From Candidatus Nanobsidianus stetteri (lineage in GTDB: Archaea > Nanobdellota > Nanobdellia > Nanobdellales > Nanobdellaceae), in NCBI GenBank assembly GCA_000387965.1, contig APJZ01000002.1, forward strand, positions 150,001 to 182,000: a stretch of 32,000 nt of DNA, written 5' to 3'. The notes under the pieces are model-generated. The model made no database searches. It saw only the letters and a list, made by a program, of their open reading frames with translations, and had not been told where the DNA came from. Below are positions 8,412-15,998 of the stretch, piece after piece. Each line of letters opens with the position of its first letter. Position 1 is the first letter of the stretch. The translations under genes and the position numbers were made by a program.

Positions 8412-9089
8412 ATGCTATATAAAAATAATTTTATAATGCATAATAAAGGTAGAAATAAGGGAAGTATATTATATAAGTTATATAAGATTATAGTTGGGTT
8501 TATAATTGTTTTTGTTTATTTGCTGTCTTTATATTATATATATTCTCGAGATTTTGTTTGCCAATGTGTCTCCTATGAATATACTACTCAGACTATTGTC
8601 GTGGCAACCGTTACATCTACAGTTACAGTTACATCTACATATACAGATATTAGTACAGTTTATACAACGGTAACTAATACAGTCTATAATACAGTCACTT
8701 CCACAACCTATAATACAGTAACGGAGACAACAACAGTAACTAATACAGTCTATACAACAGCGACAAGTACAGTATATGTAACAAATGTCGTAACGCAAAC
8801 TGTATATGGTATATCAACTACAACTAGTACATTAACTACTACTTCAACTTCAACTGTTTCAGTAACAGCTACAAACACAATAACTACTACGTCAATAGTT
8901 TCGACTACGATTACTACAACAACAAGTTCTACAAGTACTGTGTGGAGTACGATATATACAACAACTACTAATACTATAACAACTACTAGTACAGTTACAA
9001 CCACATCAACTGTCTATACAACTACAACATCTACTATAACTTCAACTGTTACGGCCGATCAAACTTATTATACTTTAATACAATCATAA
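8412..9089 (+). CDS. Thr/Val alternating-repeat surface protein, paralog 1 (225 aa)
   Basis: A basic N-terminus and hydrophobic span are followed by 'CQC', then about 170 aa with Thr at roughly every second residue (TVTSTVTVTSTYT..., TVYNTVTSTTYNTVT). It shares near-identical DNA blocks with the next gene. Confidence 0.65.
   Translation: MLYKNNFIMHNKGRNKGSILYKLYKIIVGFIIVFVYLLSLYYIYSRDFVCQCVSYEYTTQTIVVATVTSTVTVTSTYTDISTVYTTVTNTVYNTVTSTTYNTVTETTTVTNTVYTTATSTVYVTNVVTQTVYGISTTTSTLTTTSTSTVSVTATNTITTTSIVSTTITTTTSSTSTVWSTIYTTTTNTITTTSTVTTTSTVYTTTTSTITSTVTADQTYYTLIQS
8679..8749 (+). repeat. Copy A of a 71-nt block shared between the two Thr-repeat genes
   Basis: Hand alignment with 9355-9425 shows 2 mismatches in 71 nt, with the first 45 nt identical. 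A second 18-nt identical block lies at 8605-8622 and 9305-9322. Confidence 0.85.
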
Positions 9090-9090
9090 G

Positions 9091-10209
9091 ATGAATACTA
9101 ATGCCAAAATAAAAAGGATTTTAAAATATATGTTAATTTTAATATTATTTATAAAAATATTCAATGTCACCTATAGTCAGTATGCTTGCGGTTGTTTTAC
9201 TTCGACAAATGGATGTAAATATTGTTATGTATTGCCGACTGTGTGTGCAGAGACATGTACAGTTACGCAAACTAATACAATATATGTCACCAATACTGTT
9301 ACAACAACCGTTACATCTACAGCTACTAGCACTATATTTACGACAGTCACATATACAGTCTATAATACAGTCACTTCCACAACCTATAATACAGTAACGA
9401 AGACAGCAACAGTAACTAATACAGTATCTACGGCAACTATTACATCAACAATTACAAATACAGCTACATCTATTATTTATACATCAACATCAAAAGCATA
9501 TACAACAGTAACTAATATACAAACAGTTACTTCAAGAGTTTCCACATTAACTGTTACATATACTGTAACTTCAACTTCAACAATTGCTAGTGGACAAACA
9601 TATACTATAACTTCAACAGTTACAACTACATCAACAATTTATTCAACTGTAACTAATACTCAATATACAACATCAACAGTTACAACTACATCTACCATTA
9701 CAAATTATGTAACTACTATGACAACTACTACTCTTATATATAATTCTATCATATATTTGCAAGGAATTTTGAATATCAATTCTATTAATCAAACTTTCTA
9801 TAGATCAATTAGTTTCCCTGTACAGTCTGGAAATACAATATTTTATTTAAATATAACAAATTCTGGTAACGCAACAATTAACAATATAACATTATCTTTT
9901 TCAGTTATAGGAAATAGTGTAATTTTATCATATAATAACTTACCTATAACAACTTTAAATAATATCACTATATCTTCTCCATTACAACCAAATAGTTCAT
10001 TAATAATACCATTTAAGATGCTCGTAATATCTCCAGGTTTAACGGATGTAGTTATAAAAGTTTATGTAAATGGACAATATATAGGATATGCAGATTATAA
10101 ATTTGATGTTGAATTAGGGTCTTCTTCATCATCTTTGGTAGTTTCTGAAAATATAAACTATATATTGATATCTCTAGCAGGAATTTTAGGCCTGTTACTA
10201 TTAATATAA
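9091..10209 (+). CDS. Thr/Val alternating-repeat surface protein, paralog 2, with an Ig/CARDB-like C-terminal domain and membrane anchor (372 aa)
   Basis: It starts 1 nt after paralog 1. A signal-like N-terminus and a Cys cluster (CGC..C..C....C...C) are followed by a Thr repeat region of about 190 aa. Then come 'YLNITNSGNATINNITLSFSV...' (CARDB-like look) and the terminal anchor 'YILISLAGILGLLLLI'. Confidence 0.7.
   Translation: MNTNAKIKRILKYMLILILFIKIFNVTYSQYACGCFTSTNGCKYCYVLPTVCAETCTVTQTNTIYVTNTVTTTVTSTATSTIFTTVTYTVYNTVTSTTYNTVTKTATVTNTVSTATITSTITNTATSIIYTSTSKAYTTVTNIQTVTSRVSTLTVTYTVTSTSTIASGQTYTITSTVTTTSTIYSTVTNTQYTTSTVTTTSTITNYVTTMTTTTLIYNSIIYLQGILNINSINQTFYRSISFPVQSGNTIFYLNITNSGNATINNITLSFSVIGNSVILSYNNLPITTLNNITISSPLQPNSSLIIPFKMLVISPGLTDVVIKVYVNGQYIGYADYKFDVELGSSSSSLVVSENINYILISLAGILGLLLLI
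9355..9425 (+). repeat. Copy B of the 71-nt shared block
   Basis: See copy A. It encodes 'TVYNTVTSTTYNTVT(K/E)T(A/T)TVTNTV' in both proteins. Confidence 0.85.
9613..9692 (+). repeat. Internal direct repeat with 60-nt (20-codon) period inside paralog 2
   Basis: 'tcaacagttacaactacatc' occurs identically at 9613-9632 and 9673-9692 (protein 'STVTTTST'). Confidence 0.8.
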
Positions 10210-10250
10210 AATAACAAATTGTTTAAAAAAATTATTATAATTATTAGTTT

Positions 10251-11444
10251 ATGAATGTAAAAGGTATACTTGCAGTATTAATAATTGTTTTAATAATTTT
10301 TGGAATAATACATTATTTAATTTATCAAAGTAAAACATATGGTAATGGAAATATATTAAAATTAGTAATATATAATCCAACAAACTGTACTGTTTATTCG
10401 CCATTTCAGCAAGAAATATATATAAATAGTTCTATAATGAAAGAATATAAAATAAATGAAAATGGCTCAAATGTTTTCTTCTTTATAAATTTAAGTAATA
10501 TTACAGGATCAATTTTATATTCCTGGTTTGCAGGATACTATAATAATTATTCCATTTGGTGGGTAAGATTGCCAACTCCAATCTCTCCTTATTCAAATAT
10601 TACAATATATATGTATATAGGACCTGTGGGAGAAAATTATTATGAAGAATATTCTCCTTATGTTGGTATTTCATCTTATGTATATAATAATTATAGCTGG
10701 GGACCCTTAAGTATTTATGATAATGGACAATTTGTATTTGATTTTTATGGTTGGTTTTATGATACAAGAGATAATTGGATCTTAAATGTTGAAAATGGAA
10801 ATTATTTCCCAACACCAACTATTAATGGAATTGAAATGATAAATTATTCATTATCTCAAGGATCTTACATAGAACCTCCAAATGATGGAAGTATTCCAAA
10901 TATACCAATAATTATAGAGGAAGGATGGTATTACAATGGAGAAGCTGACGCAAATGTAATTTCTATGTATGGTGGAAAATCAGTCACATATGCGGCAGGA
11001 GCAAATATGTTTGGCGGATATACACCAACATTATTAAATTCTATATTTGTACAATATGAATATTATAATTTACAACCCGCAATATATATTTCGTATGCTA
11101 ACGAAGAAGCTCCTATACAATTATATGAAGGGCCATTTATAAATAAAAATCAGTCATATATTTATTCATACTTTTTAGTTAACTTTTGCAATAATACATA
11201 TATACAGGCCGGATATCTTGCAGTGAATAATACTCCGCCAATTTCCCTATTAGGAACCTTAGAAAATACTAATCAAACTTTAAAAATAGGAATCGATAGA
11301 AACCTTTTATCAGGAGATTACTTTTCCATTAATTCTGGAAGTGGTCCCCAATCAACATCTTCGCAATCTATATATTGGGTTGTTGGAAGAACATATCCAC
11401 CAGATGGAATTATGCCAGAAGTTTATATAGAAAGTTTATCATAA
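10251..11444 (+). CDS. N-terminally anchored extracellular protein, DUF2341/concanavalin-like lectin-type (tentative)
   Basis: An N-terminal TM 'GILAVLIIVLIIFGIIHYLIY' is present. 'NGSNVFFF...ILYSWFAGYYNNYSIWWVRLPTPISPYSNITIYMYIG' resembles the DUF2341 signature (dG.D.rF...l.yWiE....vWVkvp.i....tiyiYYG). Confidence 0.45.
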   Translation: MNVKGILAVLIIVLIIFGIIHYLIYQSKTYGNGNILKLVIYNPTNCTVYSPFQQEIYINSSIMKEYKINENGSNVFFFINLSNITGSILYSWFAGYYNNYSIWWVRLPTPISPYSNITIYMYIGPVGENYYEEYSPYVGISSYVYNNYSWGPLSIYDNGQFVFDFYGWFYDTRDNWILNVENGNYFPTPTINGIEMINYSLSQGSYIEPPNDGSIPNIPIIIEEGWYYNGEADANVISMYGGKSVTYAAGANMFGGYTPTLLNSIFVQYEYYNLQPAIYISYANEEAPIQLYEGPFINKNQSYIYSYFLVNFCNNTYIQAGYLAVNNTPPISLLGTLENTNQTLKIGIDRNLLSGDYFSINSGSGPQSTSSQSIYWVVGRTYPPDGIMPEVYIESLS

Positions 11445-11483
11445 ATAATCTAGCTTTTTAAATCTTCTTAAGATAAATCAATA

Positions 11484-12680
11484 ATGAAAAATTTATTTAG
11501 GATTATTGATATTTTAAAGAAAAATAGGATAATAAATAAATTGTATGGGTTTATAAAAAAATATCCTTTTTATATAATTTTAGGTATTTTATTATTAATT
11601 TACACTTATCAGACAGTTTCTGTATTTTATCCAATAAATTCATATATTTCAGACGAAGTATGGTATGCTCCATCTTCATATAATATTATGACAAAAATAT
11701 TTCATTTAAATATAAATCAAACTGTTCCATTTCCTTCTGGAAAAGATTTGACCAATTATTTTAATCTTGAACATCCTCCTTTAGCAAAATATATAATTGG
11801 TGTCTTTATATATTTTTTAGGATATAATTATTGGGTTTGGAGGATTCCTAGTTGGATATTGGGTGATTTAATAATAATTTTATCGTTTTTAATAACTAGA
11901 AAAATTGTTGGTAATAGTATATTTGGAAATATTGCGGGAATAATTACTTCAGTTTTGATTATTTCTGATCCAAATATGTGGGTAATGCATGGTATAGCCA
12001 CGTTAGATATATATGTATCATTCTTTTCTTTATTATCATTGTATTACTTAATAAAAGACGATATATTAAAATCATCTATATCCTTTGGATTAGCATTTTC
12101 TTCAAAATTTCCTGGAGCATTTTTAATATTTCCTCTTTTATATTATATTAAAGGAATTAATATAAGTAGAATAAAAAGATTTCTCTATGTAGTTATATTA
12201 CCATTATTAGTATATCTATCTTTAAATCTTCCCTTAATTATATATTTTGGATTTTCTAGTTGGTTTAATCAAAGTTTTTTAGGTGCATTAGAATGGGATA
12301 TTACATCTGGTCATATTGTAAATGCCCCAAATCAAATTTCTTCACCATGGCAATGGTTGTTAAATATTCACCCATTTGATTTAGGAACATATTCTGGAAA
12401 TGATCTTTACTTAAATAGTTTTCATGCATTAGTAAATAATTATATTATGATACTCTGGCTAATTTTAACGCCTTTAATATTTATATTAAAAGATAAAAAA
12501 GTTACAGTTTCTTATTTATATCCCCTATCAATTTATTTAGGATTTTTCTTAGTATATTTCTTAGGTAATACAACAATATTTACATATTATATTACAGATT
12601 TTATGCCAATGGTTTATGTATATGTAGTTTCCTCTCTATTTTTACTGGGATTAAGATATTATAAAAATTTAAATCAATAA
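11484..12680 (+). CDS. GT-C glycosyltransferase of the PMT/GT39-like family (polyprenyl-phosphate-mannose:protein O-mannosyltransferase-like)
   Basis: A polytopic membrane protein. The 'DE' dipeptide lies in the first loop after TM1 ('YISDEVWYAP', nt 11652-11657). It is followed by 'EHPPLAKYIIG' (nt 11769-11792), matching yeast PMT 'FDEVHFGKF ... DVHPPLAKML'. At 398 aa it is shorter than eukaryotic PMTs and has no MIR domain. Confidence 0.7.
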   Translation: MKNLFRIIDILKKNRIINKLYGFIKKYPFYIILGILLLIYTYQTVSVFYPINSYISDEVWYAPSSYNIMTKIFHLNINQTVPFPSGKDLTNYFNLEHPPLAKYIIGVFIYFLGYNYWVWRIPSWILGDLIIILSFLITRKIVGNSIFGNIAGIITSVLIISDPNMWVMHGIATLDIYVSFFSLLSLYYLIKDDILKSSISFGLAFSSKFPGAFLIFPLLYYIKGINISRIKRFLYVVILPLLVYLSLNLPLIIYFGFSSWFNQSFLGALEWDITSGHIVNAPNQISSPWQWLLNIHPFDLGTYSGNDLYLNSFHALVNNYIMILWLILTPLIFILKDKKVTVSYLYPLSIYLGFFLVYFLGNTTIFTYYITDFMPMVYVYVVSSLFLLGLRYYKNLNQ

Positions 12681-12685
12681 TTAAG

Positions 12686-12760
12686 CGGACCCGGGGGGAT
12701 TCGAACCCCCGACCTACGGCTTAGGAGGCCGTCGCTCTATCCATGCTGAGCTACGGGTCC
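12686..12760 (-). tRNA. tRNA-Arg (anticodon CCU)
   Basis: The reverse complement folds with acceptor GGACCCG/CGGGTCC, D arm GCTC-AGCATGGATA-GAGC, anticodon stem ACGGC/GCCGT with loop CUCCUAA, T arm GGGGG-TTCGAAT-CCCCC, and discriminator G. Confidence 0.9.
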
Positions 12761-12874
12761 TTTCTAATTTACTTCAAATTATCTTTTATTAAATTTTGAA
12801 TTTTTCTTTATTATAATAAACTAAGTCTTTTAAAGTCAAAAATTTATAAATATCAATATTCTATTAGATTAGTT

Positions 12875-13342
12875 ATGAAGGGCATATCTCCAATTATTGC
12901 AACGATACTATTAATTGTAATGACAGTAGCAATAGCAGGATTAATGTATGCATGGTTATCTGGAATGTTTTCTTCATTAACAACATCTACTTCACAACAA
13001 GTTATTCAAGCTACGCAATTAACATCTTTTAATGTACCAAAGATGTTTATTTCTAATGGTAATATATATGCAATAATATATAATAATGGAAATGTGCCAA
13101 TTAATGCTAATAATATGACTATAACAGCCCAAGAATTTTGGGCTTCAAATAATACATACGATGGTATTACTTATGTTTGTTCAGCATCATCAGGTATAAT
13201 TACTTCAGGTCAACAAAGTACAATAACTTTATCATGTAATCCTACTAGTTTAGTCACTAACTGGAATTCTGGAATTTATTATTATTTATTTACATTTGTA
13301 TATAATGGGGTATCTGTTCAAGCAACATTACCTCCATCATAA
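12875..13342 (+). CDS. Archaeal type IV pilin-like protein (class III signal peptide, DUF361-type N-terminus)
   Basis: 'MKG/ISPIIATILLIVMTVAIAGLMYAWLSG' shows a short basic leader ending KG, then a conserved hydrophobic helix typical of PibD/FlaK substrates. The remainder is Ser/Thr/Asn-rich. Confidence 0.75.
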   Translation: MKGISPIIATILLIVMTVAIAGLMYAWLSGMFSSLTTSTSQQVIQATQLTSFNVPKMFISNGNIYAIIYNNGNVPINANNMTITAQEFWASNNTYDGITYVCSASSGIITSGQQSTITLSCNPTSLVTNWNSGIYYYLFTFVYNGVSVQATLPPS

Positions 13343-13594
13343 GTTTAAAGTTTTTATAATTAAATAAAAAATTTTTATAAAAATTACTTCTTTGAAATTT
13401 TGTGCTCATACAATTTCTAAAGCTTATATATTTCATTATAATATGTTATGATATTCTCTTTCAAGAAAAATTGCTTGAATTCATTATTTATATTTTAATT
13501 TAGGATTCTAAAATATGCAGAATATTTTAATGTAATTATTATATTATAGTAGATGCTAACGATATATCTAAAAATTTTTAACAGATAATTAAGT

Positions 13595-14281
13595 ATGGTT
13601 CCAAAAGATTCTACTGGAAAAATCGAAGATTTAATTCTAGGTCAATCTAAAGATATTACATATTATACTGTATGTAAAAAATTAGAACCAATAGAGAATT
13701 ATGAAAAAGAATTAAAATATGTTCGTAAAAAAGTAAAAGAATTTGTGCCAGAAGTTCTACCATCGTTAGAAAAATTATTAGATAGGATGAAAAAATTAGA
13801 CTATTCACTAATAAGTGAAGATATTATAAGAGAATATGGTCATTTAATATGTCCACTTACTCAAATGTTTTATGATGGTATATCGAAAGGCATTGACTCT
13901 AATATACAGAAAAGTATTGATAACTTAAAAACGACTTTAGAATATTTAGCATCTGGAGATATACTCGAAAGATTTTTTAAGGCTTATCTAAAAAGAGTGG
14001 AGGAAGGATTTCACAATGAGACTGGATATACAATTTCAAAATTATTAGAGATTGGATATAAAATTCCGGGATTCATACGCAATAAAGACATTAGAGACAG
14101 GAATGTTAGATATCTCCTAAATATCAAGATAAAAGATGAGGATAAGTATCTCGATACTTTTACAAACTTGTCTATGAAAGAATCTGAAAGGATTGTTGAT
14201 ATTGTAAAAAATCTAATAGAACATCCTGAACAATATAAAAAAGATTTTGAAGAATATATAGGGTATAAGGCAGAAAAATAA
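13595..14281 (+). CDS. Hypothetical helical protein (228 aa)
   Basis: A long ORF preceded by a 252-nt spacer. No motif recognised. It is somewhat GC-richer than the core genes. Confidence 0.5.
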   Translation: MVPKDSTGKIEDLILGQSKDITYYTVCKKLEPIENYEKELKYVRKKVKEFVPEVLPSLEKLLDRMKKLDYSLISEDIIREYGHLICPLTQMFYDGISKGIDSNIQKSIDNLKTTLEYLASGDILERFFKAYLKRVEEGFHNETGYTISKLLEIGYKIPGFIRNKDIRDRNVRYLLNIKIKDEDKYLDTFTNLSMKESERIVDIVKNLIEHPEQYKKDFEEYIGYKAEK

Positions 14282-14343
14282 AAGAAGACAAAAATTTTAA
14301 ATTTTTTATTTGATAATTAAATAAAAAATAACAAAAATTATCT

Positions 14344-14772
14344 TTATTTGAATTTTATTCTGTGCTTGTACCAATTATCTGCAATTATTTCCAAGGAGCC
14401 ATGAGGAATTATTACATCGAGTCTTTTCTCAGCTGCTTTTAGTGTATTAAGATATAATCTAAGATAGTGTTCCACCCATCCGAGCTCTGGAAAATTATTT
14501 GGTCTAGAACCATATAACTCATGCAGGGATTTCTTATGTTCTTCTATTTCTTTTAAAATTTTTTCTATTAGTTTTATATATTCTTCAATTCTCTTTGGGT
14601 CACGATTATATGGATGCTTTTCAAATTCTTCTAAAAGCTTTTTAATATCTTCATCTATTCTTTCTACTTCTTCTTTTAATTTTTTATTTTTAGCATTTCC
14701 TCCTCCTCCAAATAACGATGACATAAACTTTAGAAGTATCTTGGTGATTATAAATTTTATAAGTTTAGGCAA
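14344..14772 (-). CDS. Hypothetical coiled-coil protein; likely true start at Met17 (nt 14724)
   Basis: The ORF reads 'MSSLFGGGGNAKNKKLKEEVERIDEDIKK...'. A TATA-like 'tttataat' lies about 28 nt upstream of the internal ATG at 14722-14724. The C-terminal 'RLDVIIPH' is a weak R-x6-H (HEPN-like) pattern, not relied upon. Confidence 0.5.
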   Translation of the reverse strand: MPKLIKFIITKILLKFMSSLFGGGGNAKNKKLKEEVERIDEDIKKLLEEFEKHPYNRDPKRIEEYIKLIEKILKEIEEHKKSLHELYGSRPNNFPELGWVEHYLRLYLNTLKAAEKRLDVIIPHGSLEIIADNWYKHRIKFK

Positions 14773-14991
14773 GCCTATTCAAATTATAAAATATATCAAA
14801 AACTCTAAATATTGTTATGAGCCTTCTATTGATGACGGATAATCTTGGTTATGCGACATGGATCTTAGGGTAGTGAGCACGTATTTTGACATAATTTTTT
14901 GATATAAGTTTTAATAGGATTAAGCAAGGTTATTTATAAATCAAAAACTAGATTTTCATAACACTTGATCATATATAAGGGATGCTTATAT

Positions 14992-15888
14992 TCAATTGTA
15001 TAAAGACATCCTAAGAATATTCTCATAAAGATTAATTATATTTATAGCCTTTTCTTTATCTAAACGTACAATGCCTTCTATTATATTGTATATATTTTCC
15101 TTTAATAGTTCTTTATTTGTAGCTACAATAATATTTCCATAACAATATCCTAAGTCATAAAGAATATGGTCATTTTTTTCTATTTTGTCTATTTTTTCAA
15201 TATAGTTTCTACATTCAGGTATATTTTTATATGCAGCCATATATCCTTTTTCATCTTTATAAAAACCATTTACTAAATAATACATTATAAATCCAAAAGC
15301 AGAAGCTCTTAATTCAAAATTCTTTAAAAAAGTAGAATAGTCATTATCTTTAATAGCAGAATCATTTTTCAACTTATTTAAGATATTCAAATCAATAGAA
15401 TGCCAAATTTCATGAAGTATTGTTAAAAGAATAATGACTTCCGCTATAGTTTTTCTTATATTTCTCTTATTTACATAAAATGGAAATAAGAATTTTGATT
15501 TATATGATATATTTAAGTAGTCTATATCTGGTATATCACTAATAGATCTTTTTTTATAACCTAAAAATTCTAGATAATTATCTATCTCTCTTTCAATGGA
15601 TTTTTTTGAAATTCTAATTTTATTTTCAAGTGGTAAATACTTTCCAATAATTGAAGGATCATCTTCAACTATTTCTAATTCCGGTATTTTATAATTTATT
15701 CCATACTTTCTTTTTATATATTCTATTATCTTAAATTTGCGTAGACTTTCAATAACTTTTTTATACTCTCTTTTTATAATTTCATCTAAATTAATTTTAT
15801 CTAAATCATCATTTAAAGAAAACACTTCTTTTACATTATAGACAACATCATTCATATACTCCATAATTCTATCTAAAAGATTAGTCAT
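14992..15888 (-). CDS. Uncharacterised HExxH (gluzincin-like) putative metallopeptidase, intact paralog (298 aa)
   Basis: 'LTILHEIWHSID' is followed by 'ELRASAFGF', a possible third-ligand Glu in an ExxA-type helix. It is a paralog of the adjacent interrupted gene. Confidence 0.55.
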   Translation of the reverse strand: MTNLLDRIMEYMNDVVYNVKEVFSLNDDLDKINLDEIIKREYKKVIESLRKFKIIEYIKRKYGINYKIPELEIVEDDPSIIGKYLPLENKIRISKKSIEREIDNYLEFLGYKKRSISDIPDIDYLNISYKSKFLFPFYVNKRNIRKTIAEVIILLTILHEIWHSIDLNILNKLKNDSAIKDNDYSTFLKNFELRASAFGFIMYYLVNGFYKDEKGYMAAYKNIPECRNYIEKIDKIEKNDHILYDLGYCYGNIIVATNKELLKENIYNIIEGIVRLDKEKAINIINLYENILRMSLYN

Positions 15889-15998
15889 TACTATATAATG
15901 GTAACGTAAAATTTATAAATTTTTATCCTTTATAATTAACAATACAAAATAAATAAATAATTAAAAAATAAAAATAAAGTTCTAATCTAGCCTAGATA

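Noticed and set aside
8529-9397. ORFs 8529-8798 (-), 8750-9004 (-) and 9164-9397 (+), with Cys-rich or Val-rich translations
   Set aside because: These are artefacts of the repetitive ACN/GTN codon structure of the Thr/Val repeat genes. The complement of ACA/GTT repeats gives TGT/AAC (Cys/Asn), and the off-frame gives Val runs.
7189-11444. A very high density of N-x-S/T sequons, taken as evidence for heavy N-glycosylation
   Set aside because: Asn, Ser, Thr and Ile/Tyr are all strongly over-represented because of the AT-rich codon bias. Sequon frequency by itself is therefore expected by chance and is not used as evidence.
12686-13594. tRNA-Arg as an integration site for the 13.3-18.7 kb island
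   Set aside because: No integrase is present and I could not spot a direct repeat of the tRNA 3' half at the far end of the island. The tRNA's 3' end also points away from the island, and a pilin gene intervenes.
13343-13594. AT-rich near-palindromes (e.g. aaataaaaaatttttataaaaatt) and TATA-like boxes in spacers
   Set aside because: In DNA this AT-rich, such strings occur everywhere. None is a perfect inverted repeat or is positioned distinctively, so no promoter or terminator calls were made from them.
14344-14430. 'RLDVIIPH' (R-x6-H) at the C-terminus of 14344-14772 as a HEPN ribonuclease motif
   Set aside because: This is a single short pattern at the permissive end of the Rx4-6H spacing, with no other HEPN features recognisable by eye. 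It is mentioned in the feature evidence only.
14829-14876. Possible C/D box sRNA (C-box-like UUGAUGA at 14829-14835, GUGA at 14873-14876)
   Set aside because: There is no canonical CUGA D box. No D'/C' pair is present at the required spacing of about 12 nt, and there is no terminal stem. Only the GC enrichment is kept as a low-interest finding.
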